A stretch of DNA of 32,000 bases, from NCBI RefSeq assembly GCF_000284115.1, contig NC_017080.1, forward strand, positions 720,001-752,000. Reading direction: 5' to 3'. The DNA is from Phycisphaera mikurensis NBRC 102666 (lineage in GTDB: Bacteria > Planctomycetota > Phycisphaerae > Phycisphaerales > Phycisphaeraceae). Positions 24,576-32,000 of the stretch are shown one piece after another. The translations under genes were made by a program, and so were the position numbers. The number at the start of each line of letters is the position of its first letter. Position 1 is the first letter of the stretch. A model generated the notes under the pieces. It searched no databases. It was not told the DNA's origin and saw only the letters and a program-made list of their open reading frames with translations.

Positions 24576-25826
24576 ATGCCCAAGCACTCCCGCCTCACCC
24601 GCGTCTCCTCGTGGCTCGCCGCGGGCTTCGCCGCGTCGGCCCTGTCCGGCACCGCCGCCGCCGAGGATCTGTCGATGTACATGGTGGGCAACAGCCTCAC
24701 CGACCAGTCTCGGATCGACCGGGTCGCGAAGATCGCGGAAGGCCAAGGCCACGCGCTGGAGTTCGGCCAGCACATCATTTGGGGTGCGGGCCTCGGCTAC
24801 AACTGGCAGAACCGCTGGGTGCCCTCGAAGCTCACGGGCACCTACGGCGCGGCGGTCGACGCGCTGCCCGACCACGCGTGGGACGTCATCACGCTGCAGC
24901 CTTACGACCGGCCGCTGATCAACCCGTTCACGGGCGCGAACGACGAAGACATCGCTCAGGCGATGAACTTCATCGACCTGGCGATGCAGAACCCGGAGAA
25001 CGTAAACACCCGCTTCCTGATCCCGCAGTTCCAGCCTCAGAAGAAGATCACCGGGCGGAACGCGGCCGGCGAGCCGCAGTTCGAGCGGCCCGAGTCGGAG
25101 CCGGACTTCGACGCCTGGTGGAACCGGGAGTACACCGGCTTCTACGACCAGACTTTCTTCACCAGCAGCTACGCGGGCCTGCTCCGCGACGGCATCGAGG
25201 CCGAGTACGCCGCCCGCACCGAGGACACGGGGCCCAAGCCGGGCAAACCCATCGAGATCGTGCCGATCGGCGACGTGTTCTCGCACCTGCACCGGCTGAT
25301 CCGGGCCGACGGCCTCGAGCTGTCGTTCAGCGGCGGCGACGACGAACCCGACGCGACGCCCGGGATCGACGGCGCCTGGGACCTCTACGACGACGGCGTC
25401 CACCCCATCGAGGTCGGCGAGTACGCGGCGGGCATGACCTTCTACACGGTCCTCTTCGGGGAGACGCCGATCGGGCTGCCCGCCGGGGAGTACGACGTCA
25501 ACGACGAGGAGCGGGCGGCGGTGCAGGCGGCCGTCCGGTCCGTCGTTCTCGGCAGCCCCTGGGAGGGCGACGCGAACCTCGACGGCGTGGTCGATCAACG
25601 GGACCTCGACGCGATCATCGACAACTGGGGCTCCGAGAGCGTCACCTGGCAGAAGGGCGACTTCGACGCCAGCGGCCTGATCGACGTCGCGGACCTCAGC
25701 AACGTGCTGGACAACTGGGGCGGCGTGGGCGCGGCCGACCTCCGGGGGCTGGTCGTGCCGGAACCGTCTTCGGCGGCGATCCTGGCCCTGCTGGGCTTGG
25801 CCGCCCGCCGGCGCCGCTGCCGCTGA
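24576..25826 (+). CDS. secreted SGNH/GDSL-like hydrolase-fold protein with two dockerin-like repeats and a PEP-CTERM anchor
   Basis: ATG 24576 gives a 416-aa protein with a signal peptide. MVGNSLT is block-I-like and DDGVHP is DxxH-like. GDANLDGVVDQRDLDAIIDNWG and GDFDASGLIDVADLSNVLDNWG are the dockerin-like repeats. The C-terminus is VPEPSSAAILALLGLAARRRR. The hydrolase assignment is tentative. Confidence 0.75.
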   Translation: MPKHSRLTRVSSWLAAGFAASALSGTAAAEDLSMYMVGNSLTDQSRIDRVAKIAEGQGHALEFGQHIIWGAGLGYNWQNRWVPSKLTGTYGAAVDALPDHAWDVITLQPYDRPLINPFTGANDEDIAQAMNFIDLAMQNPENVNTRFLIPQFQPQKKITGRNAAGEPQFERPESEPDFDAWWNREYTGFYDQTFFTSSYAGLLRDGIEAEYAARTEDTGPKPGKPIEIVPIGDVFSHLHRLIRADGLELSFSGGDDEPDATPGIDGAWDLYDDGVHPIEVGEYAAGMTFYTVLFGETPIGLPAGEYDVNDEERAAVQAAVRSVVLGSPWEGDANLDGVVDQRDLDAIIDNWGSESVTWQKGDFDASGLIDVADLSNVLDNWGGVGAADLRGLVVPEPSSAAILALLGLAARRRRCR

Positions 25827-25891
25827 AGCGGGGCGGCGGGGTGCGTCTCGCCGGGGCGAGAAGGGGAGGCGGGGGAGGCGGGGGGAGACAC

Positions 25892-25928
25892 GGGACCAGG
25901 CCCCGCCGGGGCGGGTCCCGTTCGTTCC
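25892..25928 (+). terminator. candidate stem-loop terminator downstream of the 24576..25826 gene
   Basis: The sequence gggaccaggccccgccggggcgggtccc is followed by gttcgttcc. The T-tract is weak, so this is low confidence. Confidence 0.3.
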
Positions 25929-26093
25929 TGCGCGCTCCAGCCGGCGGAAGCGGGAGGAGTTTCTCCCGGGCCGGCGTGCCCGAGGGAGCCCGCCGCGCGG
26001 CCCCCTGAACAGGGGGTTGTGCGGGCGAGGCCGGTCCGGCATCCTGCGGGGGCCCGGCACCGCTTCCGTCCACCCTTCGAAGGAGACCACCCC

Positions 26094-26915
26094 ATGATGC
26101 GCACCCTCCACCGCCCGCCCGTTCTCGCTTGGGCCGCGACGATCGCCGCTTCGCTCGCACCCGCCGCGTCCGCCCAGAGCGGCCTGCTCGCCGGTGCCAC
26201 GGTCCAGCGGACCGTCTCGGTGCTCGCCACCGCCGAGAACGTCGGCCCCGACTTCGACCTCAGCGACGCCGACACCCCCGCTTCCGGGGTGGTGAGCGGC
26301 TTCGACCCGGTGCTGCCGGCGGTGTCGCGGTCGGCCAGCGCCGAGGTGCTGCCGCCCGTGGCCGGCGCGGGCGGCGCTAGCGCCGCGGCGTCGGCCACCG
26401 CCACCGCGGTCCGCCTCCCCGGCGGCGGCTCGGTGCGGGTCGGCGGCGGGGCCGAGGCGGTGGCCGACCTCGCCTTCCCGGGCAGCGCCTACCCGCAGCA
26501 GCGCGCGGACTCCCGCGCCACCGCCTCCTTCGAGACGCTGCTGCGGTTCGAGCTGACCCGGGAAGCCGACTACACGCTGTCCAGCCAGACGCTCGAAGCC
26601 TTCGACTTCTTCACGACGCCCGGCATCGACGTCGTGCTCAAGAACGAGGACACGGGGGCGGTGCTCTTCGCGGACACCTTCGGCCGCTTCTCCAGCCTCG
26701 ATCCACTCGAGGAGCTGTCCGCGTCGGGCGTGCTCGCCGCCGGCCGCTACGAGCTTAGCCTCCGCGGCGAGGCGGAGCGCCGGGGCCTGGACTTCACCAG
26801 CAGCCCCGTGGGGGCCACCGGCTTCGTCGCGTTCTCGGTGGTGCCCGAGCCCGCTTGCGCCGCGGCGTTGCTGCTGGGCTTGGGCACGCTCTGCCGCCGC
26901 CGTGATCGTGCTTGA
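26094..26915 (+). CDS. hypothetical PEP-CTERM protein (273 aa)
   Basis: AGGAG lies 8 nt upstream of ATG 26094. The signal peptide is MMRTLHRPPVLAWAATIAASLAPAASA and the C-terminus is VPEPACAAALLLGLGTLCRRR. Confidence 0.8.
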   Translation: MMRTLHRPPVLAWAATIAASLAPAASAQSGLLAGATVQRTVSVLATAENVGPDFDLSDADTPASGVVSGFDPVLPAVSRSASAEVLPPVAGAGGASAAASATATAVRLPGGGSVRVGGGAEAVADLAFPGSAYPQQRADSRATASFETLLRFELTREADYTLSSQTLEAFDFFTTPGIDVVLKNEDTGAVLFADTFGRFSSLDPLEELSASGVLAAGRYELSLRGEAERRGLDFTSSPVGATGFVAFSVVPEPACAAALLLGLGTLCRRRDRA

Positions 26916-26927
26916 ACCGGAGCGAAG

Positions 26928-27340
26928 CCGCGAAGGTGTCAGGTACATTCGATTCCGCTCCGGCCACCTTCGTCCTCAAGCCCCGCGTGGCCGGGGGGAA
27001 GCGCTGCGTGTCCGCCGACCACGTCCCTACCGCGGCGTGGTCCTCGCTCGGACGCTCGGGCTGCGCCCGACCGCTACACCGCCGGATCCGTGAAGGTGTC
27101 GATCCGCGAAGGTGTCAGGTACATTCGTTCGCGTTTTGCGACCGCGCTTTCTCCGACCCCCGCGTGGTCGAGCGGGGCGCTGTGCGTCCGCCGACCACGT
27201 CCCGGCCGCGGACCGTCGGGCGGGACGGCCCGGGAGGCTGACGGTCCGCGGATTCTGCCTTTCACGGTGTGGTACTTGCCCGGCCGCTACACCGCCGGAG
27301 GCGGTGAGCCACCGGTCTGGGCTGCGCCCGACGGAAGCGA
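26928..27340. repeat. two tandem ~176-bp mosaic repeat units, each opening with CCGCGAAGGTGTCAGGTACATTCG
   Basis: The identical 24-mer occurs at 26928-26951 and 27104-27127. Shared blocks are ccccgcgtgg, gtccgccgaccacgtccc, ccgctacaccgccgga and gggctgcgcccgac. The second unit contains the hairpin CCGCGGACCGTC...GACGGTCCGCGG (27206-27251). Confidence 0.85.
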
Positions 27341-27366
27341 GGCTTGGCACGTCCTGAAGGGCCGCG

Positions 27367-27684
27367 TCAGAACCGCTCGCGGCGGCAGACCTCGATGGAC
27401 TCGAGGTACACGACGCCGGAGTGATTCGTGAACAGCTCCTTGAGCGCCCGCTCGGCGATCCGCTCGGCCTTGGCGCGGTCGGTGGTGATCACCTCCACCT
27501 GCTGGTGGTCGAAGCCCTCCACGAGTGTGGCTCGGTCGGAGGTCGCGTGAAGGTGGTGGAGGCCCTTCCCGCCGACGGGCGTGAGGGTGTAGCCGTGGCC
27601 GCCGCAGGCCTCGATCAGGGCGCAGACGCGCTCGACCAGGAAGTGCTCCGCGATGAGGGTGACCTTGGTCGCCGGGTAGAGCAT
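27367..27684 (-). CDS. sbtB: PII-like signalling protein SbtB
   Basis: The 105-aa product has KVTLIAEHFLVERVCALIEACGGHGYTLTPVGGKG and VEVITTDRAKAERIAERALKELFTNHSGVVYLESIEV. It aligns well by eye with cyanobacterial SbtB (KLVIVTEK...GAKGYTV...GGKG...FEILTE...AGIIYI). It lies 21 nt downstream of sbtA. Confidence 0.85.
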   Translation of the reverse strand: MLYPATKVTLIAEHFLVERVCALIEACGGHGYTLTPVGGKGLHHLHATSDRATLVEGFDHQQVEVITTDRAKAERIAERALKELFTNHSGVVYLESIEVCRRERF

Positions 27685-27705
27685 GGTGGGTGGGGGGTGG
27701 GGGCC

Positions 27706-28737
27706 TCAGCCGCCGAAGACGAGCTTGCCCAGGGCGGCGAACAGGGGGATGCACAGGGCGATGGCGACCGGCGTGCCGACGCTGGTCGAGGCGCCGATGT
27801 AGGTGGAGGGGTTGGCCCAGGGGATGCCGGCGCGGATGGTGGGGGGGCCGGAGATGTCCGAGTTGCTCGCGGCGATCACCGCCAGCAGCACGACCCCGCC
27901 GGGGCTGAAGCCCACGGCGTGGTGGGCGATCCAGCCGAGCCCGAAGGCGATCAGCCCGTGAACGACCGGGCCGACCAGCGCGTAGAGCGCGAACCAGTGG
28001 GCGACCGCCTTGAGCTCCCGCAGGCGCGACCAGGCTTCCATGCCCAGCACCAGCATGAGCACCGAGAGAAGGCCGCGGAACACCGGCTCGTAGAAGCTCT
28101 GCAGCACCGACTCGGGCCGGGCGAGCAGGCCCAGCGCCAGGCCGAGGATCAGCGCCGAGAGCGCGGAGCCCTGCAGGCTCTCCTTCACGATCGCCCAGGT
28201 GTCGACCTTCCGCGGGGTCGGCTCGCCGTTTGCGTCCCCGGCTTCCCCCTCCGCCTGCTGCCGGTGCCGGGTGGCGAGCACGATCGCCAGCACCAGCGCC
28301 GGGATGTCCATGAACGGGTAGAGCGCCGGGACCCAGGCCTCGAAGGCGATGCCCTGCTCCTCGAGCATCACGATCGCGGCGGCCAGTGAGGAGGCGCTGA
28401 CGGCCCCGAACAGGCCCGCGGTGGCGAGCCCGTCCTCCCGCCGGATGCCCGGCAGCCGGGCGAAGACGGCCTGACCGAGCAGCACGATGAGCAGCCCGGT
28501 GACGACCGAGAACACCGCCGGCAGCAGCATCGCGAGGAGATTGGCCTCGCGGATCTCCACCCCGCCCTTCATGCCGATCTTCAAGAGCAGCACGAAGACG
28601 ACGAACTGGTAGACGGGGTTGGGGATGGTGAGCTTGCTGCCGAAGGCCGCGAGCAGCGCCCCGCCCAGGAGGAACGACAGCGTGGGCGACTGGAACTGGC
28701 TCAGGAACTGGCCGGCGAAGTCGAGCAGTGCGTCCAT
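27706..28737 (-). CDS. sbtA: sodium-dependent bicarbonate transport family permease (SbtA-like)
   Basis: The 343-aa polytopic protein has SFLLGGALLAAFGSKL.IP, LLLKIGMKGG and a central hydrophilic loop. A second repeat half carries SNSDISGPPT and YIGASTSVGTPVAI. The PII-like partner gene is immediately downstream. Confidence 0.8.
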   Translation of the reverse strand: MDALLDFAGQFLSQFQSPTLSFLLGGALLAAFGSKLTIPNPVYQFVVFVLLLKIGMKGGVEIREANLLAMLLPAVFSVVTGLLIVLLGQAVFARLPGIRREDGLATAGLFGAVSASSLAAAIVMLEEQGIAFEAWVPALYPFMDIPALVLAIVLATRHRQQAEGEAGDANGEPTPRKVDTWAIVKESLQGSALSALILGLALGLLARPESVLQSFYEPVFRGLLSVLMLVLGMEAWSRLRELKAVAHWFALYALVGPVVHGLIAFGLGWIAHHAVGFSPGGVVLLAVIAASNSDISGPPTIRAGIPWANPSTYIGASTSVGTPVAIALCIPLFAALGKLVFGG

Positions 28738-28897
28738 GGCGGTTCCCGGTCGGCCCGGCCACGCGCCGGCGGCGCCTGCGGGTGGTCGCGGCAGACAGTA
28801 TCGAGCGGCCGGTAAGCCGCAGCTTCGGCATCAACCTCGAGCTTCGCCGACACGGAGGCGCACACGAGAAACAAGAGCAAGCGCAGCGACGCGAGAG

Positions 28898-29233
28898 TCA
28901 CTCCGCGGAGCGGGACGATTCGTCCCCGACGGTGCCCTCCCACTTGGGGTGCCCGCCGCGGAGGGCGGCTTTGGCGAGGAGGTGACTGCCGATGGGGTTG
29001 GCGATGAAGACGAAGACGATCACGATCAGCGCCTTGAGGCCGACCTCGGCGGTGCCCAGGTGGAACACGGCGGCCAGCAGCATGCCCATGAGGCCCAGCG
29101 TGGGCCCCTTGCTGGCGGCGTGCAGCCGCAGGTACGCGTCGGGCAGGCGGACGATGCCCAGCGCGCTCACGAACATGAAGAACAGCCCGATCAGCAGGAA
29201 GAAGGCGACGACGAGGTCGATCAGCAGGCTCAT
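28898..29233 (-). CDS. mrpG: cation/H+ antiporter subunit G, second cluster (MrpG/MnhG paralog)
   Basis: The internal ATG at 29233 gives a 111-aa protein: LGIVRLPDAYLRLHAASKGPTLGLMG...ANPIGSHLLAKAA. Confidence 0.8.
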   Translation of the reverse strand: MSLLIDLVVAFFLLIGLFFMFVSALGIVRLPDAYLRLHAASKGPTLGLMGMLLAAVFHLGTAEVGLKALIVIVFVFIANPIGSHLLAKAALRGGHPKWEGTVGDESSRSAE

Positions 29234-29640
29234 CGGTGGGGCTCCTCCTGCAACGGGCGGTCCGCGGCCGCGGACCGCTGCCGGGCGCCGATGTACTGGG
29301 CGAAGCCCACGGTGCTGGCGAAGCCGACGATCGCGACGCCCAGGGCGGCGTCGAAGAAGGTGAGGTTGCGGAGGTAGACCGAGAGCAGGATCACCAGCGC
29401 CACCACGTGGAAGGCGAAGACGTCCGAGGCGAGCACGCGGTCGGCCAGGCCCGGGCCTCTCCAGAGCCGGTAGAGGCACAGCACCATGCCGGCGCAGATG
29501 CTCGCGAGGCCGAGCATCACCGCGGCGTACAGCGGCAGCGAGAGGGCGTTGGGGTCGGCGTAGGTCGCGGCTTCGGCGTCGGCGGCCGGGGCGGTCCCGG
29601 CCGCGGCGGCGGCGAGCAGGGCGAAGAGATCAGGCATCAT
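29230..29640 (-). CDS. mrpF: cation/H+ antiporter subunit F, second cluster
   Basis: LYRLWRGPGLADRVLASDV is the MnhF signature. The N-terminal ~35 aa is Ala-rich. The start is 29640 or 29637. Confidence 0.75.
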   Translation of the reverse strand: MMPDLFALLAAAAAGTAPAADAEAATYADPNALSLPLYAAVMLGLASICAGMVLCLYRLWRGPGLADRVLASDVFAFHVVALVILLSVYLRNLTFFDAALGVAIVGFASTVGFAQYIGARQRSAAADRPLQEEPHR

Positions 29641-30139
29641 CGAACACCTCCTCCTGCATCCGCCGCTTGAGCTCGTCGAGCTCGGCGACGGCGGCGTCGC
29701 GGTCCCGGGCGTACATGGCGTGGACGAGCAGCACGTGGCCGGGCGGGTCGCCGGGGCGGGGCTCGCAGAGGTCGATCGCGAGCGTGCCGGGGGTCAGCGT
29801 GATGGCGTTGGCGAGCGTCGTGACCTCCGCGTCGCTGAGCTCGCCGACGGGGTAGCGGATGAAGCGGGGGGTGCAGCCGGTCCGCGGCGTGATCACCTCC
29901 CAAGCGACCTGGAGGTTCGCCTCGATCAGGATTCTCATGAAGTAGCCGAGGAAGCGGACCAGCTCCCACACCCGGTGCAGGTACACGCCCCGGCCCGGCC
30001 CGGCGACCCGCTGGCACAGGGCGATCACGCAGAAGCCGATGGCGAATCCGATCGCGAAGTCCAGCGGGTGCCCCGAGCCGACCAGGCCCGCGTAGAGCAC
30101 CGCGAGGAACACGTTGAGCATGAACGTCCGCAGCATCAC
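29630..30139 (-). CDS. mrpE: cation/H+ antiporter subunit E, second cluster
   Basis: ANLQVAWEVITP, TTLANAITLTPGTLAIDL and LLVHAMY parallel the cluster-1 MrpE motifs. Confidence 0.8.
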   Translation of the reverse strand: MMLRTFMLNVFLAVLYAGLVGSGHPLDFAIGFAIGFCVIALCQRVAGPGRGVYLHRVWELVRFLGYFMRILIEANLQVAWEVITPRTGCTPRFIRYPVGELSDAEVTTLANAITLTPGTLAIDLCEPRPGDPPGHVLLVHAMYARDRDAAVAELDELKRRMQEEVFDDA

Positions 30140-31899
30140 TTCGTTCCTCCTGCGGAGGAACGAGGGGTCGTGCCCTCGCCGGTGTGGTGACTCCGCGGCG
30201 GCGGAGCCGCCGCTGCGTGTGTGGCGTCTGCATGCTCACCGGCGTGAGCCGAGGCGGCGGGATCCGGTGAGGATCCGTGCTTCCCATACGCCTCGGCTGT
30301 TGGTTTCCCGATCTTCGGCGGCGGGACGGGGGCGACGTCGATGACGGCCGGATCGGCGGGCAGCACGGCCCGCACATAGGCGGTGGGTTCGGCGAGGCCG
30401 GCGCCGGCCCTCTTCGCCAGGGCGAGCGCGGGCTCGGGGGCCAGGCTCATCCAGCCGGCGGCGACCAGCAGCAGCGCCACCGCGACGGCGCGGTGCCAGC
30501 CGCAGCGGGCGGGTGCGGGCGGCACGGGACCGGCGGCGGCCTCCGCCGGCTCCTCCGCTTCCGGGAACACCCAGAACACGCCCGCCCAGGCCCGCAGCAC
30601 CGCGAGCAGCGTGACGGCCCCGGTCAGGAGCGCGACCACGCCGAGCACCGGGTGCCCGGTCCCGAGCGCCTCCTGGACGATCAGCAGCTTCCCGTAGAAG
30701 CCCGACAGCGGCGGCAGGCCCACCAGCGCGAGCAGGATTGCGAGCAGGCCGACGGCCAGCCAGGGGTGGCCGCGGTGCAGGCCGCCGGGGACCCGCCCCC
30801 CCCGGAACCGGTCGGTGCCGGCCGCGGCCTCGAGCCGCCCGCAAAGGAGGAAGGCCACCGACACCACCAGCATCGACTGGACGCAGTAGAAGACCGTCCC
30901 GGCGAGCGCATCGGCGCTGCCGACCGCGATGCCGGCCAGCGCGAAGCCCACGCCGGTGAGGATCATCATGCACAGCACCATCCGCATCCGCGGGTAGGCC
31001 ACCGCCATCAGCGCCGGCACGAGCATCGTGGCGCCGGCGGTCAGCCCCAGCAGCGGGCCGATCGCGTCGGCGGCGTGGTTCGCCCCGAAGACCGCGGGGA
31101 ACAGCCGCGCCAGCGCGTAGACGCCGACCTTGGTCAGCACGCCGCCGAAGACCGCGAGCGTGGGCGTCGGCAGCGACGGGTAGACGTCGGGCAGCCAGAA
31201 CCACAGCGGGAAGGCACCGGCTTTGAGCGCGAAGACGATCAGCAGCGTGACCGACACCGCCGCGAAGCCCGCCGGCGGCTCGAAGCCCGGCTCCAGGAAG
31301 GTCCGGCACAGGTCCGCCACGTTCAGCGTGCCGAACATTCCGTACACCAGCCCCGCGCCGGTGACGAACAGCGTCGAGGCCAGCAGGTTCAGGAGCACGT
31401 ACTTGTACGCCTGGGCCAGCTGGACTCGCCCGCCGCCGAGGACGACCAGCCCGTAGCTGGCCATCAGCATCACCTCGAAGGCGACGAAGAGGTTGAAGAG
31501 GTCGCCGGTCAGGAACGAGAGGTTCACGCCCGCGACCAGGAAGGCGAACAGCGGGTGGAAGTACCGGCGTTGCAGCGTCTCGGGCAGCGCGGCCACCGCG
31601 TAGAGGTGCCCGCAGAACGCGACCAGCGCGGTGGACGCGAGCAGCATCGAGCTCGTCGCGTCGGCCACGAGGCTGATGCCCAGGGGCGCGGCCCAGCCGC
31701 CCATCTGGCTGGAGAGCACGGCGCTGACCGCATCCGGAGCGCTCGCCACCGCGTTCAGCAGCCACAGGCACAGCCCGAGATTCGCGACGAGCCCGACCGA
31801 GATCACGCGGCCGCACGCGCGTACGCGGGGCACCAGCGGCAGGCTGGCGATCCCCAGCAGCACCGGGAGCAGGACGGGGAGGACGACCCAGCGGTTCAC
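30136..31899 (-). CDS. mrpD: cation/H+ antiporter subunit D, second cluster, with Pro/Ala/His-rich C-terminal tail
   Basis: DLFNLFVAFEVMLMASY, AFPLWFWLPDVYPSLPTPTLAVFGGVLTKVG and a GTGA overlap with the upstream gene support the call. The protein is 587 aa. Confidence 0.9.
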   Translation of the reverse strand: MNRWVVLPVLLPVLLGIASLPLVPRVRACGRVISVGLVANLGLCLWLLNAVASAPDAVSAVLSSQMGGWAAPLGISLVADATSSMLLASTALVAFCGHLYAVAALPETLQRRYFHPLFAFLVAGVNLSFLTGDLFNLFVAFEVMLMASYGLVVLGGGRVQLAQAYKYVLLNLLASTLFVTGAGLVYGMFGTLNVADLCRTFLEPGFEPPAGFAAVSVTLLIVFALKAGAFPLWFWLPDVYPSLPTPTLAVFGGVLTKVGVYALARLFPAVFGANHAADAIGPLLGLTAGATMLVPALMAVAYPRMRMVLCMMILTGVGFALAGIAVGSADALAGTVFYCVQSMLVVSVAFLLCGRLEAAAGTDRFRGGRVPGGLHRGHPWLAVGLLAILLALVGLPPLSGFYGKLLIVQEALGTGHPVLGVVALLTGAVTLLAVLRAWAGVFWVFPEAEEPAEAAAGPVPPAPARCGWHRAVAVALLLVAAGWMSLAPEPALALAKRAGAGLAEPTAYVRAVLPADPAVIDVAPVPPPKIGKPTAEAYGKHGSSPDPAASAHAGEHADATHAAAAPPPRSHHTGEGTTPRSSAGGTK

Positions 31900-32000
31900 G
31901 TTCCACCTCCGGTGGAGGGTGAGGTCCGGCCGATGGAGGCCGCTGCCGGCCTCGCTTCGTCGACGGGCGTGGCCGCAAGGCCTCCGTCGAGCCCCGGCCC
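31896..32000 (-). CDS. 3' end of upstream gene, probably MrpC/MnhC of the second cluster (truncated by window edge)
   Basis: The frame is open from the window edge to TGA 31896-31898 (..GLDGGLAATPVDEARPAAASIGRTSPSTGGGT). Its stop overlaps the mrpD GTG. The identity is inferred only from operon order. Confidence 0.35.
   Translation of the reverse strand, partial: GPGLDGGLAATPVDEARPAAASIGRTSPSTGGGT

Noticed and set aside
24303-26948. An 881-aa minus-strand ORF, plus ORFs 24539..26008 and 25595..26404
   Set aside because: They are antisense or out of frame relative to two well-supported PEP-CTERM genes and have low-complexity translations.
1-32000. tRNA, rRNA, tmRNA, RNase P and SRP RNA genes
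   Set aside because: I scanned the noncoding stretches for hallmark conserved boxes (for example the RNase P GAGGAAAGUCC and a tmRNA tag ORF) and found none. tRNAscan/Infernal would be needed to be certain.

Overview
This is a high-GC bacterial chromosome segment, roughly 70% GC by eye (not computed). The gene content looks Planctomycetota-like, possibly Phycisphaerae. That is inferred from a DUF1559/H-X9-DG pseudopilin, four PEP-CTERM proteins and dockerin-like repeats.

Layout:
- 1-8.1 kb: envelope and glycan genes. These are a cytidylyltransferase, an LPS-kinase family protein, GT4 and GT8-like glycosyltransferases, ThuA, a small CxxC protein coupled to DUF2243, a DUF1207-like protein and a beta-helix PEP-CTERM protein.
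- 8.2-13.7 kb: an accessory, defence-type islet with lower GC. It holds a DUF433/DUF5615 toxin-antitoxin-like pair bracketed by ~440-bp direct repeats. It also holds a minus-strand chain of ORFs: MmeI-like N-terminal stub, N6-adenine methyltransferase, PD-(D/E)XK-like nuclease, 57-aa MmeI-like C-terminal stub, and a 151-aa coiled-coil/zinc-ribbon protein. The last four junctions are ATGA overlaps.
- 13.8-17.1 kb: a minus-strand trio of a PEP-CTERM repeat protein, a DUF1559 pseudopilin and an EEP-family hydrolase.
- 18.1-24.1 kb: a complete mrpABCDEFG cation/proton antiporter operon.
- 24.6-26.9 kb: two more PEP-CTERM proteins.
- 27.4-32.0 kb: a second mrp cluster (partial C, then D, E, F, G) followed on the same strand by sbtA-sbtB.

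About 3 kb of the window is noncoding and packed with several families of interspersed repeats and hairpins. I recognised no rRNA, tRNA, CRISPR array, transposase or integrase.

The best candidate for something undescribed is the R-M pair nested between stubs of an MmeI-family gene, together with its coupled zinc-ribbon ORF. All homology statements come from motif recognition by eye and memory, not from searches.
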